DNA from: Alphaproteobacteria bacterium
Lineage (GTDB): Bacteria; Pseudomonadota; Alphaproteobacteria; Rs-D84
Length of the DNA stretch: 64,000 nt
Direction of reading: 5' to 3'
Assembly (NCBI GenBank): GCA_024402765.1
Contig: JAKSTC010000005.1
Span: forward strand, 1,517-65,516
The position numbers and the translations under genes were made by a program. Shown here piece after piece: positions 38,452 through 48,471 of this stretch (the stretch's first letter is position 1; each line of letters starts with the position of its first letter). The notes below the pieces were generated by a model. It was not told where the DNA came from, did no database searches, and was given only the letters and a program-made list of their open reading frames with translations.

Positions 38452-39327
38452 TTATATCCCCCATTTATGTGCGTTAATTTTATCTGTGGTGCGGTTTACC
38501 AGACCACATAAAACATTTCCTGGACCAATTTCGGTTAAATCATCTATTCCCAAATTTACCATTTCCAAAACACTTTCGCGCCAACGAACACCGTGCGTCA
38601 TTTGATAAATCAGTGATTCTTTAATCTCTGCCGCGTCCGTCATGGGCTTTGCGGTTTTATTAGAAATAATAGGAACGATTGGTTTTTTTATCTCAACCGT
38701 ATCTAAAATTTCACGCATTTTCTCTGCCGCCCCCTCTTGGGCGCGACAATGCACCGGCACAGACAGCGCGAGTGGCATAACGCGACGCGCCCCTGCTTCT
38801 TTTAAAGCATCCATCGCAGGTTCGATTTTTTCTTTGAGGCCCGAAATCACAACCTGGCCTGGGCAATTGTCATTTGCAACATCGGCATCAAATTTTTCAC
38901 AAATCTGTTTAACGACATCAATATCTAAACCCAAAACAACCGCGGTTATGCCCGCACCCAGTGGCACAGCGTTTTGCATCGCATTACCGCGCGCACGAAC
39001 CAAACGGGCGGCATCCGAAATTGACAATGCGCCAGCTGCACACAGTGCGCTATATTCGCCCAATGAATGTCCCGCAACATAATCTGGTGTCGGTAATTGT
39101 GCAGCGCGAAACATTGCGAGCGATGTCGCCAAAATAGCGGGTTGAACATTGGCGGTTAATGTCAATGTTTCCATTGGTCCATTAAAGATAACATCAGACA
39201 ATTTTTCACCCAATGCGTCGTCAACCGCGTCAAATACTTCGCGGGCTTTACCATTATTTTTATACAGGTCTGCACCCATACCAACAACTTGTGCGCCTTG
39301 ACCTGGAAAAATAAATATCGATGACAT
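38452..39327 (-). CDS. fabD: malonyl-CoA-ACP transacylase
   Basis: FIFPGQGAQ and active-site GHSLGEYSAL. Start moved to MSSIFIFPGQGAQ; the ORF-track N-terminal extension overlaps the upstream gene. Confidence 0.9.
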   Translation of the reverse strand: MSSIFIFPGQGAQVVGMGADLYKNNGKAREVFDAVDDALGEKLSDVIFNGPMETLTLTANVQPAILATSLAMFRAAQLPTPDYVAGHSLGEYSALCAAGALSISDAARLVRARGNAMQNAVPLGAGITAVVLGLDIDVVKQICEKFDADVANDNCPGQVVISGLKEKIEPAMDALKEAGARRVMPLALSVPVHCRAQEGAAEKMREILDTVEIKKPIVPIISNKTAKPMTDAAEIKESLIYQMTHGVRWRESVLEMVNLGIDDLTEIGPGNVLCGLVNRTTDKINAHKWGI

Positions 39328-39338
39328 GATTTTTACCT

Positions 39339-39929
39339 TTAATGAATTTCTTCTTTTGTTTTTACCAATATTGCAAACAATTCTGGTGGGAACTTTCCAA
39401 CCACCGGCCAAAGTTGTTTTTCTAATTTTCTATCCACGATGATATCTTTTTCGGTCAAAGGACGTGCCATCAACGGTCTTTTGTTCAAAGGCTTGTCAGG
39501 CAAGAAAGAACCATTATATTCACACGGACCATTATACAAGATTGGTTGTGTGATATCGAATTGTGCCATGTTTTGGAAATGCACATCTTGACATTTTTGT
39601 GCACCATTACGAGAATTTTTCAATAAATATTGTTGCAAATCGGCAAAGTAAGGAACTTTATTGGCAACAATAAATTTAAAACTATCTGTTGTTATATCTT
39701 GACCATTATTGGGTTTTAAAGTACCGACGTTTTGTGCCAAAATATATACATTTCGTTTTAAATTAAAAGCGCACGGAACCAAATCCAACAGGTGAATACT
39801 TCTTAAATGTGACTGTAAAGCCTCCATTGGTGTAGCATCAGTGGACCCAGTCCAAAAAACTTCGCTACGTTCAAGTTCCCCAGGTTCGACCATTTCCAGA
39901 ACAAAATTAACATGTGGTTCAAGTTTCAT
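39339..39929 (-). CDS. hypothetical protein (196 aa)
   Basis: Intact ORF in the fabD operon orientation. No motif recognised. Confidence 0.55.
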   Translation of the reverse strand: MKLEPHVNFVLEMVEPGELERSEVFWTGSTDATPMEALQSHLRSIHLLDLVPCAFNLKRNVYILAQNVGTLKPNNGQDITTDSFKFIVANKVPYFADLQQYLLKNSRNGAQKCQDVHFQNMAQFDITQPILYNGPCEYNGSFLPDKPLNKRPLMARPLTEKDIIVDRKLEKQLWPVVGKFPPELFAILVKTKEEIH

Positions 39930-39998
39930 TGAATATCCTTTTAGTTCGATTAAATTTAATAAAATTATAGAAAAAATCCGCGAAAAATCAAATTTTTA

Positions 39999-40535
39999 TT
40001 ATTTGCGCATGGAAAATTCGCAACCGCAATAATTCTGACGATAAAAATCTGATTCACGATTAATTTGCGCACGCAGATTTTCGTTCCATTTTATCGGCAG
40101 ATATTTGATTTCACCACATGCGGATTCGCCAGCCCTGTCCACTTGGGCTTGGTCTTTGTGGCGGGATACACCAAACACAGATGCAATCGCGTTATATCCG
40201 TTTGTAAGTGCAAATTCGCGCGCAGCGCAAAACCGAAACGCAAAACATTTATCACATCGCGCACCGCGTTCGGGCTCACTTTCTAATCCGCGAACCGTAT
40301 CGCGCCATGCGTCATGGTTGTATTCAAGGGTCGCATATTTAACCCCCAGTTTTTCACAATACTTTATTTGCTCAGAAAGTCTTTTTTGATATTCGTTTTC
40401 TGGAAAAATATTGGGGTTATAGAATAAAACGATAAAGTCATCAATATCAGGTATTTCGCCGTCCACCAACTGTTTTATCGCGCCGCATGAACATGGCGCA
40501 CAGCACGACATTAAAACAAGTTTTATTTTATTCAT
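39999..40535 (-). CDS. queH: epoxyqueuosine reductase QueH (DUF208)
   Basis: MSCCAPCS...LFYNPNIFPENEYQKR...CDKCFAFR...YCGC cysteine pattern typical of QueH. Confidence 0.8.
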   Translation of the reverse strand: MNKIKLVLMSCCAPCSCGAIKQLVDGEIPDIDDFIVLFYNPNIFPENEYQKRLSEQIKYCEKLGVKYATLEYNHDAWRDTVRGLESEPERGARCDKCFAFRFCAAREFALTNGYNAIASVFGVSRHKDQAQVDRAGESACGEIKYLPIKWNENLRAQINRESDFYRQNYCGCEFSMRK

Positions 40536-42511
40536 TATTTATATTCAACACCAATTTGTGTATCGTCACCCAAATCAATTATTGTGTCGGCCTCAACCCC
40601 CTTACCAACCTCTGCACTACTGCACATCATGCCGTTTGACACAACACCCGCAACTGTGCGTGCAGTAATTGGTTTCTTTTGCCCCGGCAGTGTCACCCCA
40701 ACCGGTGCCAAAACACCAACCAATCCAGCGCGAACATTTGGTGCGCCGCAAACAATTTGTAATTTTTGAGAACCATCATCAACCGTCAAAATATGCAATT
40801 TATCACTGTCTGGATGATTTTTTACATCAACGATTTTGGCGGTGATAAGTGTTGGTACTTTCTTTTTCGGAACATATTTTTCTATCAATGCCGCCACCTT
40901 GTCATCGTCAATGCGTTCAAACAGGTTTTCAGGAACACTAAATTCAGTTCCAGTTGCAACACGATGTTCATATTTTGTTGGCCATGATAAATCGTTTTGT
41001 GTTCCAAATATAGCACGCATTTTTTCGGCAGCATCTGGAATAAATGGGGCAGATACGCGCGCATACAAATCAATCAGTTGAAAACATTCATTTAATACCG
41101 CGCCCGCAGATCGTAAATCGCCATCCTTTACCAATGCCCATGGTTCGCGTTCAGTCATATATTCATTACCGATTGCCCACAGGCCCCGCAACGCAAATAC
41201 CGCAGCACGGAATTCACATGCGTCCAATGCGGTTGTTAATTCAGATAATTTTTCGTTTATCTGGGGTGCCAATTCAGAATCTGTATCACCCGCGTTTGGA
41301 ACGGTATTGCCGAAATTTTTAGCGGTCAGTTTGCAAACGCGCGAAACAAAATTTCCCAACATACCGTTTAAGTCTTTGTTCACAATATCTGCGAAGCGGG
41401 AAATTGTAAAGTCTGTATCATCTGTTTCAGGAAGCGAAGAACATATTGCATAACGCCATGCGTCCGCAGGTGCATCTGTGATTGCTTGATTCAAGAATAT
41501 ACCATTGCCAGTTGATTTTGATATTTTTGCACCTTCAAAATTAAGGAAATTACATGCCTTTAATACATCAACAGTTTTCCAATTATCATCCATTGCCAAT
41601 TCTTGCGCTGGGAAAAATACAGCGTGAAAAGATACATTATCCTTGCCCATAAATTGTGTATAATGACAATCAGAATTTTTCCACCAAGATTCCCAATCAT
41701 CAGTTGCCGTCTGGGATATAGAAACATAGCCCCATGGCGCATCAAACCAAACATAAAAAACTTTATCTTCAAATCCAGGTTTGTTAACAGGAATACCCCA
41801 TTTTAAATCACGAGTAATTGGGCTGTCGTGTAGGCCTTCATCCAACCATTTGTTTGCAATTGCGGTTGCTGTTTTGGGCCAACCCTTACGCGAATTAATC
41901 CATTCGCGCAGTTTACCCTGCATTGCGCTGGTCTTGAAATACAGGTGCTTTGTTTCACGCATTTCCACCGGTGAATCAGTTGTAATTGCACTGTGTGGGT
42001 TGATAAGTTCAGATGGTTCTAATGTTGCACCACACTTTGAACACTCATTTCCATATGCGTTTTCATAACCACACTTTGGACATGTTCCGATAACAAATCT
42101 ATCTGCTAAAAACATTTTGTCCTTTACAGAATATGGTTGAAGTGATGTTTTTTCAATAATCATACCCTGCTCGTCCAGACGTGTAAATAATTCGTGAATT
42201 AGTTTTTCGTGTTTTTCTGTATGTGTTCTGCCATATAAATCAAAAGACATTTCAAAATCGTTGATATCACGTAAATGTGCATTACGATACTTGTCACAAT
42301 ATTCATCAACTGGCATATTTTCTTTCATTGCACCAACTTCACTGGTTGTGCCATGTTCGTCAGCACCACAGACAAACAAAACATCACGTCCCATGGCACG
42401 ACAAAAACGCGCATAAATATCACTTGGCAACAAACAACCCGCCATATGTCCAATATGTAAATTATAATTCACATACGGTAATGCAGATGTAATCAAATAT
42501 TTTTTCGCCAT
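40535..42511 (-). CDS. metG: methionine--tRNA ligase with a C-terminal tRNA-binding (EMAP/Trbp111-like) domain
   Basis: MAKKYLITSALPYVNYNLHIGH (HIGH), KISKST (KMSKS), zinc knuckle CPKCGY...CSKCG and C-terminus HPDSDKLHILTVDDG..VCGAPN. The ORF-track start at 42661 runs into tRNA-Val and was rejected. Confidence 0.93.
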   Translation of the reverse strand: MAKKYLITSALPYVNYNLHIGHMAGCLLPSDIYARFCRAMGRDVLFVCGADEHGTTSEVGAMKENMPVDEYCDKYRNAHLRDINDFEMSFDLYGRTHTEKHEKLIHELFTRLDEQGMIIEKTSLQPYSVKDKMFLADRFVIGTCPKCGYENAYGNECSKCGATLEPSELINPHSAITTDSPVEMRETKHLYFKTSAMQGKLREWINSRKGWPKTATAIANKWLDEGLHDSPITRDLKWGIPVNKPGFEDKVFYVWFDAPWGYVSISQTATDDWESWWKNSDCHYTQFMGKDNVSFHAVFFPAQELAMDDNWKTVDVLKACNFLNFEGAKISKSTGNGIFLNQAITDAPADAWRYAICSSLPETDDTDFTISRFADIVNKDLNGMLGNFVSRVCKLTAKNFGNTVPNAGDTDSELAPQINEKLSELTTALDACEFRAAVFALRGLWAIGNEYMTEREPWALVKDGDLRSAGAVLNECFQLIDLYARVSAPFIPDAAEKMRAIFGTQNDLSWPTKYEHRVATGTEFSVPENLFERIDDDKVAALIEKYVPKKKVPTLITAKIVDVKNHPDSDKLHILTVDDGSQKLQIVCGAPNVRAGLVGVLAPVGVTLPGQKKPITARTVAGVVSNGMMCSSAEVGKGVEADTIIDLGDDTQIGVEYK

Positions 42512-42616
42512 GGTTTTGTTCCTTTTATTTATAAATAAACGCCCGAAACGGGCGCAAATTTTGTTCCCGCAATGTTTTTGATAAAGATTAATTATACATT
42601 CGCATAGTTTTAATTC

Positions 42617-42693
42617 TGGTGGGTGGTATTGGGCTCGAACCAACGACCTCCACGATGTCAACGTGACGCTCTAGCCAACTGAGCTAACCACCC
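42617..42693 (-). tRNA. tRNA-Val (anticodon GAC), intact
   Basis: Reverse complement GGGTGGTTAGCTCAGTTGGCTAGAGCGTCACGTTGACATCGTGGAGGTCGTTGGTTCGAGCCCAATACCACCCACCA gives a full cloverleaf with anticodon loop TTGACAT. Confidence 0.9.
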
Positions 42694-42704
42694 AAAACGA
42701 ATAA

Positions 42705-42732
42705 ATTATAACAACTAATTTTGGATTTGCAA
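42705..42732 (-). promoter_or_regulatory. tRNA-Val promoter TTGCAA-N16-TATAAT-N11-+1
   Basis: On the minus strand, TTGCAA (42727-42732), a 16-nt spacer and TATAAT (42705-42710), with 11 nt to the tRNA 5' end. The architecture is identical to 62677-62704. Confidence 0.55.
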
Positions 42733-42770
42733 ATAAAAACGCGTTTTTTCGCTTTGGTGGCATTTAGATA

Positions 42771-42800
42771 TGATCTGCTATGATCTGTTATGATCTACTA
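42771..42800. repeat. three tandem 10-bp repeats TGATCT(GC/GT/AC)TA (iteron-like, helical phasing)
   Basis: TGATCTGCTA TGATCTGTTA TGATCTACTA read directly from the sequence. Confidence 0.8.
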
Positions 42801-42923
42801 CAAATTGTTACAGTATACTCTAGACTTTGCTCCAAAATTGCTCCTAAATGTTTTTTAGGGTTTTTACCAGTGGACTATGGCGTTTTATCTATTACTAAAC
42901 GTTTTCCCTAGATTATAAAATTC

Positions 42924-42950
42924 ATAACCTATATGATTTGAATAGGTTAT
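42924..42950. repeat. perfect 9-bp inverted repeat ATAACCTAT-N9-ATAGGTTAT
   Basis: Read directly from the sequence, in the non-coding region between tRNA-Val and the glycosyltransferase island. Confidence 0.7.
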
Positions 42951-43170
42951 AGTGCTCTTTATGCCAGTATGCTAACAACATCTTGCCCCATAGGGCAGGA
43001 AGTTAAATAAAACATTTATAAAATATCAAAATTTGACACAGGGACAGCAAATATAATAGTAGTTATATATCGCTCTAATATGGTATGCCAATACAATCGT
43101 GTGTTACAGATTTTTTTGTAATGCTTGTGATTGCTGATGTTTTGCAATTGAACGATGCATTACATATGAC

Positions 43171-44154
43171 TTATTTAAGTTGATCCTTTAATGTTTGGTA
43201 TTTTTTACGATAATGCTGACGTTTGTGTCCAAAAGTAATATGTTTTAACAAACGATAACGTAATTTTTTCAGTTTAAAATAAATCGGATGTGCTAACATA
43301 TACATAGTATGATAATCAAACTGAGGCCTTTGTGAAATTTTAAAATCTATCATCCTGGACAAAATTTCTTCATAAAACGGGGTTTTTCTGGCATAAGACC
43401 ACCAAATCTCAGCTTTTTCTTCATCGAGGTAAAGCCATGGCTTATATTCCGCACCATAATGAATAATCTGACACTCCTTTTTTAGCTTTTTTTTAACTTT
43501 AGGATCCGTGTAGGGAAGCTGAGATAAATAATTATACTTATAATCAAGATAGATACATTTATCAGATAAAAGAATGTAAAGTATATCCTGATCAAAAAAT
43601 CTGATATCATCTTTATATGTCTTATAGACCTGATTGATCTTAGAAGAAATTTGATCTTTCTTATAGAGTGATAAATTTAAAATAAGAACACCACTGTTTA
43701 TATATAATTTTTCCTTAGGCATATTAAAGGCATCAAACCAATACCTTTCCTTTTTTATCCGTGTATCAATTTGATCGGGGACCCAGGCCACATATTTACC
43801 CTTAAGATCTATATTATATATTTCCGATAAATCACATTTTACAATAATATCACTATCCAGGACAATACATTTATCAACATCCGGAATTAAATCCGGCAGA
43901 TACATCTTTGCATATACGATGGAAGCTGCTCTTGCCTGCTTAGGTATGGGATATGTACTTGTATTAACCGGAACGTACTTAATATCAAAATCCCTGATTT
44001 TTCTTAAATTTTCGATTTTTTCTTTTGATTCTTCGGATATATCATTGGATAAAATATAGAAAACGATATCACCAAAAGTGCTTTCTAAAATTGATTGCAT
44101 ACAAACATATGTATATGGAACGTAATAATTGCTTGTTGTCAATACAATATTCAT
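43171..44154 (-). CDS. glycosyltransferase family 8 (LPS/LOS hexosyltransferase-like)
   Basis: N-terminal IVLTTSNYYVPYTYVCMQSIL, DxD LDSDIIV, and HYGAEYKPW. The C-terminal ~75-aa basic extension is shared with the next gene. Confidence 0.8.
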   Translation of the reverse strand: MNIVLTTSNYYVPYTYVCMQSILESTFGDIVFYILSNDISEESKEKIENLRKIRDFDIKYVPVNTSTYPIPKQARAASIVYAKMYLPDLIPDVDKCIVLDSDIIVKCDLSEIYNIDLKGKYVAWVPDQIDTRIKKERYWFDAFNMPKEKLYINSGVLILNLSLYKKDQISSKINQVYKTYKDDIRFFDQDILYILLSDKCIYLDYKYNYLSQLPYTDPKVKKKLKKECQIIHYGAEYKPWLYLDEEKAEIWWSYARKTPFYEEILSRMIDFKISQRPQFDYHTMYMLAHPIYFKLKKLRYRLLKHITFGHKRQHYRKKYQTLKDQLK

Positions 44155-45245
44155 TTTAACACTCCTTCCATTTGCTTAACAAATTCTTTTTGTTCTTTAA
44201 TTTTTGCCTTAAGCGTCGTATATTTTTTCGTATATTTTTCTTTCTTTTTACCGAAAGTTAAATGCGTCAATAACCTGTATCTCCATTTCTTTAACAAGAA
44301 ATAAAAGGGATGTATTGTCATATAAAGGTTACGGAACTCTGGATGGGAAGGTGCTTTTAGATCCATGATTCGAACCAAAATTTCTTCATAAAAGGGGGTC
44401 CGACGGGCATATGACCACCAAATATCCGCATGCTTAATCGATGGATAGAGCCATGGTTTTTCCAGGCCTGGGAAATGGATAACTTTTGTGTCGGCGTTAA
44501 CATAATCCGGCACTTCCTCATAAACCAAAGTATTCCATCCCTCCTCTAACACCTTGATTTGTTCATTTAATACGGCATTAATAGCACATTGTTCCTGAAA
44601 TACAAAAAAATTATCATCAATTGCCTTTTTGATCACGGAATAATAATCATTTTTTCTAAATTCATCCAGGTTCATGTAAAATACACCGGTATTAAAATAC
44701 TTCCTTACATCACGTAATTTTAATGTTTCTTTGGCGTATTTGATAGAATCGGGTGTTTTGACTAAGGGGCGCCTGTTTTCAATAACTTTGACCCAAATAG
44801 GATCCGTACAAGCTGCACCTGGAATATTTTCTATATCAACCTTTGTTATTAAATAGGGATCTTTTATAAAACACAAATCACAGTCTGTAAATAAAACCTT
44901 GCTGTGTTCTAAAACCAGCGGCGCAAATAAGCGAAAGTAGCAGGCTCTGTTGAAATTATTGTGTGTTATTGTAATTTTTAACTTTGTTTCATATTCGAAC
45001 GGATTAAAAAATCGGATACTTATATTCTTTTTAGATGACTGTGACAAAAGTTTTTCTTTTAATCCCTCACTTATTTCATCTGAGAAAATGATAATATCAT
45101 AATTGTTTGTATCAGAAGCATTTTCAATAACTGATTGAAACCAAACAGATAGATATTTTACATATTCATTTGATGAACTTGTCGCCAATGTAATATAATT
45201 TTTATCAAACACGGGACGAATTTTGGTATTAGGTTCTTTTGTCAT
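44151..45245 (-). CDS. glycosyltransferase family 8, paralog of 43171-44154
   Basis: DxD-like TDCDL, HFPGLEKPW, and a shared tail WWSYARRTPFYEEIL...HP.YF.LKK.RYRLL.H.TFG.K. Overlaps its neighbours by 4 nt. Confidence 0.8.
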   Translation of the reverse strand: MTKEPNTKIRPVFDKNYITLATSSSNEYVKYLSVWFQSVIENASDTNNYDIIIFSDEISEGLKEKLLSQSSKKNISIRFFNPFEYETKLKITITHNNFNRACYFRLFAPLVLEHSKVLFTDCDLCFIKDPYLITKVDIENIPGAACTDPIWVKVIENRRPLVKTPDSIKYAKETLKLRDVRKYFNTGVFYMNLDEFRKNDYYSVIKKAIDDNFFVFQEQCAINAVLNEQIKVLEEGWNTLVYEEVPDYVNADTKVIHFPGLEKPWLYPSIKHADIWWSYARRTPFYEEILVRIMDLKAPSHPEFRNLYMTIHPFYFLLKKWRYRLLTHLTFGKKKEKYTKKYTTLKAKIKEQKEFVKQMEGVLK

Positions 45246-46552
45246 TCTATTTCCTTTCCTGTTTCAAAAGCCTGATGACTCCATAAATAATCCCATTGAC
45301 CAAAACGGCCAATGGACTCAATTCCAACAGATTGCAAATAATCTAACACAATTTGTCGATTTTCATAAATACCATGTGTAAATGTGACGTTCGCATAAGG
45401 TTCAAACCGAATGTCTTTTACCACAATATCCTCATCCGTGAAACCGCAAATTTCTTTGAGTTTTGTGAGTGTTTTTTCTAAAATTTCCTCAGCAGGTGGT
45501 ACATTATCCCGACAATCAAAGAAAACTTCGGCTTGCAAAGAGGAACATCCCTCTGGCACATTGTCTGGTGACTTTAAATTGGGTGAATAAACCCGCGCAG
45601 GTGGCACATCTTCATCATAAATATAAAACCACAGGTGCTTTGCTACATCCGACCGATTAAAGCCCAACGATACCTGATATCCGCATGTCCAATGAAGTTT
45701 TTGCGCTGCCTGTTGCACAGTTTCTGGACAATTATCAATGATTTTCACCATTTCTGGCAGGGGCAAAGACGAAATCAATCGGTCATATTTACCGCTGGTC
45801 CCGTCAGCAAAAAAGACCTCTTTTTGCTTGGAATCGATACGAATAACCTTTTTGTTGAATTGAATATCTAACCCCTTGCGGCAATCATCCAATATGCTGC
45901 GGAATCCCCCTTTTTTAGGGTAGCGCATCACAGATGTATAATAAAAATTCTCATCTTGTGTTTCAAAAGCCCCCTTTAAAACCTCGGACAAATCTGGGGA
46001 ATGAATACGTTTTCCTATCCATTTTGTCTCCATATTTTTTGGGTCTTGCCCCCAATATTTTTTAGTATAGACAAATGGGAAATGTTCGGCAAAATACATC
46101 CCGTTTTGAACCTTCAGCCATTCTGCATAATCTGTAATTTGAGTTTCTTCTTTTTGGGGACGATTCACAAAATCTTGAATAATATTTGTTTTTTCCTGTG
46201 CTGATAAGGGCGCTAAATTATTTAAGGCAGGGTGTTTTAACCACGCCCCATGATAATAATTATAGGACACAGACGGATGTTCATAAAGGGAAGATGATTT
46301 TTCAAAAATCCCTTTGATATAAGGGTCATTTGTGAACGTAAAATGCACAAAACGATCAAAACGGAAACCATTGATTGTAAAATATCCACACAGACCACCC
46401 CAGTCACTGTCCTTTTCATAGATAACAGTATTGGTTCCTTTTTGTTTCAGGTGATAGCCAGCCGAAATGCCGGCTATTCCTGCACCCAAAATAACTGTTT
46501 TATTTTGCAAGGTGTTCCCCATGTTCGTTAATTTGTTTAACACAGAAATCAT
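45242..46552 (-). CDS. FAD/NAD(P)-binding oxidoreductase (amine oxidase / UDP-galactopyranose mutase-like fold)
   Basis: Rossmann motif VILGAGIAGISAGYHL...YEKDSDWGG. The true start may be the internal MGNTLQ (46522). Confidence 0.7.
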   Translation of the reverse strand: MISVLNKLTNMGNTLQNKTVILGAGIAGISAGYHLKQKGTNTVIYEKDSDWGGLCGYFTINGFRFDRFVHFTFTNDPYIKGIFEKSSSLYEHPSVSYNYYHGAWLKHPALNNLAPLSAQEKTNIIQDFVNRPQKEETQITDYAEWLKVQNGMYFAEHFPFVYTKKYWGQDPKNMETKWIGKRIHSPDLSEVLKGAFETQDENFYYTSVMRYPKKGGFRSILDDCRKGLDIQFNKKVIRIDSKQKEVFFADGTSGKYDRLISSLPLPEMVKIIDNCPETVQQAAQKLHWTCGYQVSLGFNRSDVAKHLWFYIYDEDVPPARVYSPNLKSPDNVPEGCSSLQAEVFFDCRDNVPPAEEILEKTLTKLKEICGFTDEDIVVKDIRFEPYANVTFTHGIYENRQIVLDYLQSVGIESIGRFGQWDYLWSHQAFETGKEIE

Positions 46553-47579
46553 ACATATCTTTGGTGTTCAGGGCTTCTTTATACCAATCCACCGTTTTTT
46601 GAACAGCATCTGTCAAACCCCATTTAGCTTCCCATTGCAACATTACATATGCCTTTGTAACATCTAAGTTCAGTAATGTATTTTCATGTACTGCATTTGG
46701 ATCAGAAGCATCAACAACTTCACCTTTTCCATAATATTCTACCAATCTGCGAACAACTTCTAACACTGGCTTATTTGCAGAAATATGTGGACCGAAATTG
46801 AAGTTTGTTGAATACTTAACAGGTTCTTCTAGTAGTTTTTGACCAACTTTTAAATAACCTGACAATGGTTCTAAAACATGTTCCCAAGGACGTGTTGCAA
46901 TCGGATTTCTAATTTCAATTGGTTTACCTGCTTCAATAAATCGAATACAATCTGGAATTAATCTGTTGTCAGACCAATCTCCACCACCAATAACATTTCC
47001 TGCACGCACTGTTGCTATAGCTTTTCCGTGTTGAGCATATTTATCTGGATTAAAATAAGACTGACGATACGCATGCAACATTAATTCTGTACAACCTTTA
47101 GAGGCTGAATACGGATCTTCTCCACCCATTCGATCTGTTTCTTTGTACCCCCATATTTGTTCTACATTTTCATAACATTTGTCTGAAGTAATCATTATAG
47201 CAGTTTTTAAACAATCGTTCATTCTCATTACTTCCATAATATTTAAAGACCCCATAATATTTGTTTCAAAAGTTTCTCTGGGATGTTCATAAGATGTTCG
47301 TACTAATGCTTGTGCTGCTAAGTGAAAAACAATTTCAGGTTTATATGTTTTGACGACTTCATCCAAATGTTTTAAATCGCGTGTATCACCACGCAAATCT
47401 GCATATAAATGCTCTTTTAAATGACAAGCACAATAATTTCCTTTATCTGAATATGGATCTAAAGAATAACCAATAACTTTTGCTCCCATCATAGTTAACC
47501 AAATTGATAACCACGACCCTTTAAATCCCGTATGTCCTGTTACTAAAACAACTTTATTTTTATAAATATTATCGTACAT
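46500..47579 (-). CDS. rfbG: CDP-glucose 4,6-dehydratase
   Basis: VLVTGHTGFKGSWLSIWL, YSASKGC, and length and tail typical of RfbG. Located next to rfbF. Confidence 0.85.
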   Translation of the reverse strand: MYDNIYKNKVVLVTGHTGFKGSWLSIWLTMMGAKVIGYSLDPYSDKGNYCACHLKEHLYADLRGDTRDLKHLDEVVKTYKPEIVFHLAAQALVRTSYEHPRETFETNIMGSLNIMEVMRMNDCLKTAIMITSDKCYENVEQIWGYKETDRMGGEDPYSASKGCTELMLHAYRQSYFNPDKYAQHGKAIATVRAGNVIGGGDWSDNRLIPDCIRFIEAGKPIEIRNPIATRPWEHVLEPLSGYLKVGQKLLEEPVKYSTNFNFGPHISANKPVLEVVRRLVEYYGKGEVVDASDPNAVHENTLLNLDVTKAYVMLQWEAKWGLTDAVQKTVDWYKEALNTKDMYDFCVKQINEHGEHLAK

Positions 47580-48471
47580 TTTTTTGCTCCTTCCACCATT
47601 TGATAGTTTGTTTTAATCCTGCTTCTAAAGAATATCTAGGTTGCCAACCTATAGATTTTAATTTTTCATTATTACCAACTACAAGATCTTCCCCAAAAGC
47701 AGCGGGAATAGAACCCCATAAAATTTTTCCTTTAAAATTTGTAAACTCTGCTATTTTGGTTACAATTTCTTTTAGCTGCACAGGTTTACCAGAACAAATA
47801 TTCACAGCCCCATGCAAATCAGATTCAAAGACATCCACAATAGCTCTTGCAGTATCTTCTACATGTAAATAATCTTGAAATTTTAAACAATCACTAACTT
47901 TAACATCTTCATTATTAAGGCACGAATTTATAACCGAAGGCATTAATCTTGTAGGTTTTTCATTCGGCCCATAAAGATTAAATATTCTAGGCCATTTAAA
48001 TATTATATCGTTTTGGTTACAAAATACTTTTGCAACATTAAATACAGCATTTTTACCATTACCATATAAAGTTTTTGGATCTGTTGGTGTTTCATCCTCT
48101 AACAAATAACCGTATTTATATTCATATTCAGAACAAGTACCTGCGCCTAAAAATCTTTTTCCGCCATGATCTTTAAAACTTTTCAATAAATTTAGAGTCG
48201 TTATAACCCAATCTAAGTTTAAATCAGATGTATGACATCCTTTGCCAACATACCATGCTAAATGTATCAAATTTTCGAAATGGTGTTCCGACATAAATTT
48301 ATCAACAACAGATATATCCATTAAATTCATGTCATAACATATTAAATTCTTTTGTTTTGCAGGTTGTGAACCATAAACTATAGCATGTACTTCATAACCA
48401 CGTTTTAATAATTCATTCGTAACATTGGTTCCTATAAAACCAGTGCTACCTGTTATTAATACTTTTTGCAT
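47569..48471 (-). CDS. NAD-dependent sugar epimerase/reductase (extended SDR)
   Basis: VLITGSTGFIGTNV and YGNGK (YxxxK). Lies in the CDP-hexose operon. Confidence 0.8.
   Translation of the reverse strand: MQKVLITGSTGFIGTNVTNELLKRGYEVHAIVYGSQPAKQKNLICYDMNLMDISVVDKFMSEHHFENLIHLAWYVGKGCHTSDLNLDWVITTLNLLKSFKDHGGKRFLGAGTCSEYEYKYGYLLEDETPTDPKTLYGNGKNAVFNVAKVFCNQNDIIFKWPRIFNLYGPNEKPTRLMPSVINSCLNNEDVKVSDCLKFQDYLHVEDTARAIVDVFESDLHGAVNICSGKPVQLKEIVTKIAEFTNFKGKILWGSIPAAFGEDLVVGNNEKLKSIGWQPRYSLEAGLKQTIKWWKEQKNVR

Noticed and set aside
38642-39082. 146-aa plus-strand ORF inside fabD, and similar antisense ORFs (for example 54081-54473, 56272-56760, 57562-57957, 58123-58488, 58855-59250, 2010-2959, 4885-5244, 27397-27720)
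   Set aside because: All lie antisense to or out of frame within genes with clear conserved motifs. None has an RBS or a recognisable domain.
42512-42661. N-terminal 50-aa extension of the metG ORF
   Set aside because: The extension reads through the tRNA-Val gene. The canonical MetRS N-terminus (MAKKYLITSALPYVN) starts at 42511.
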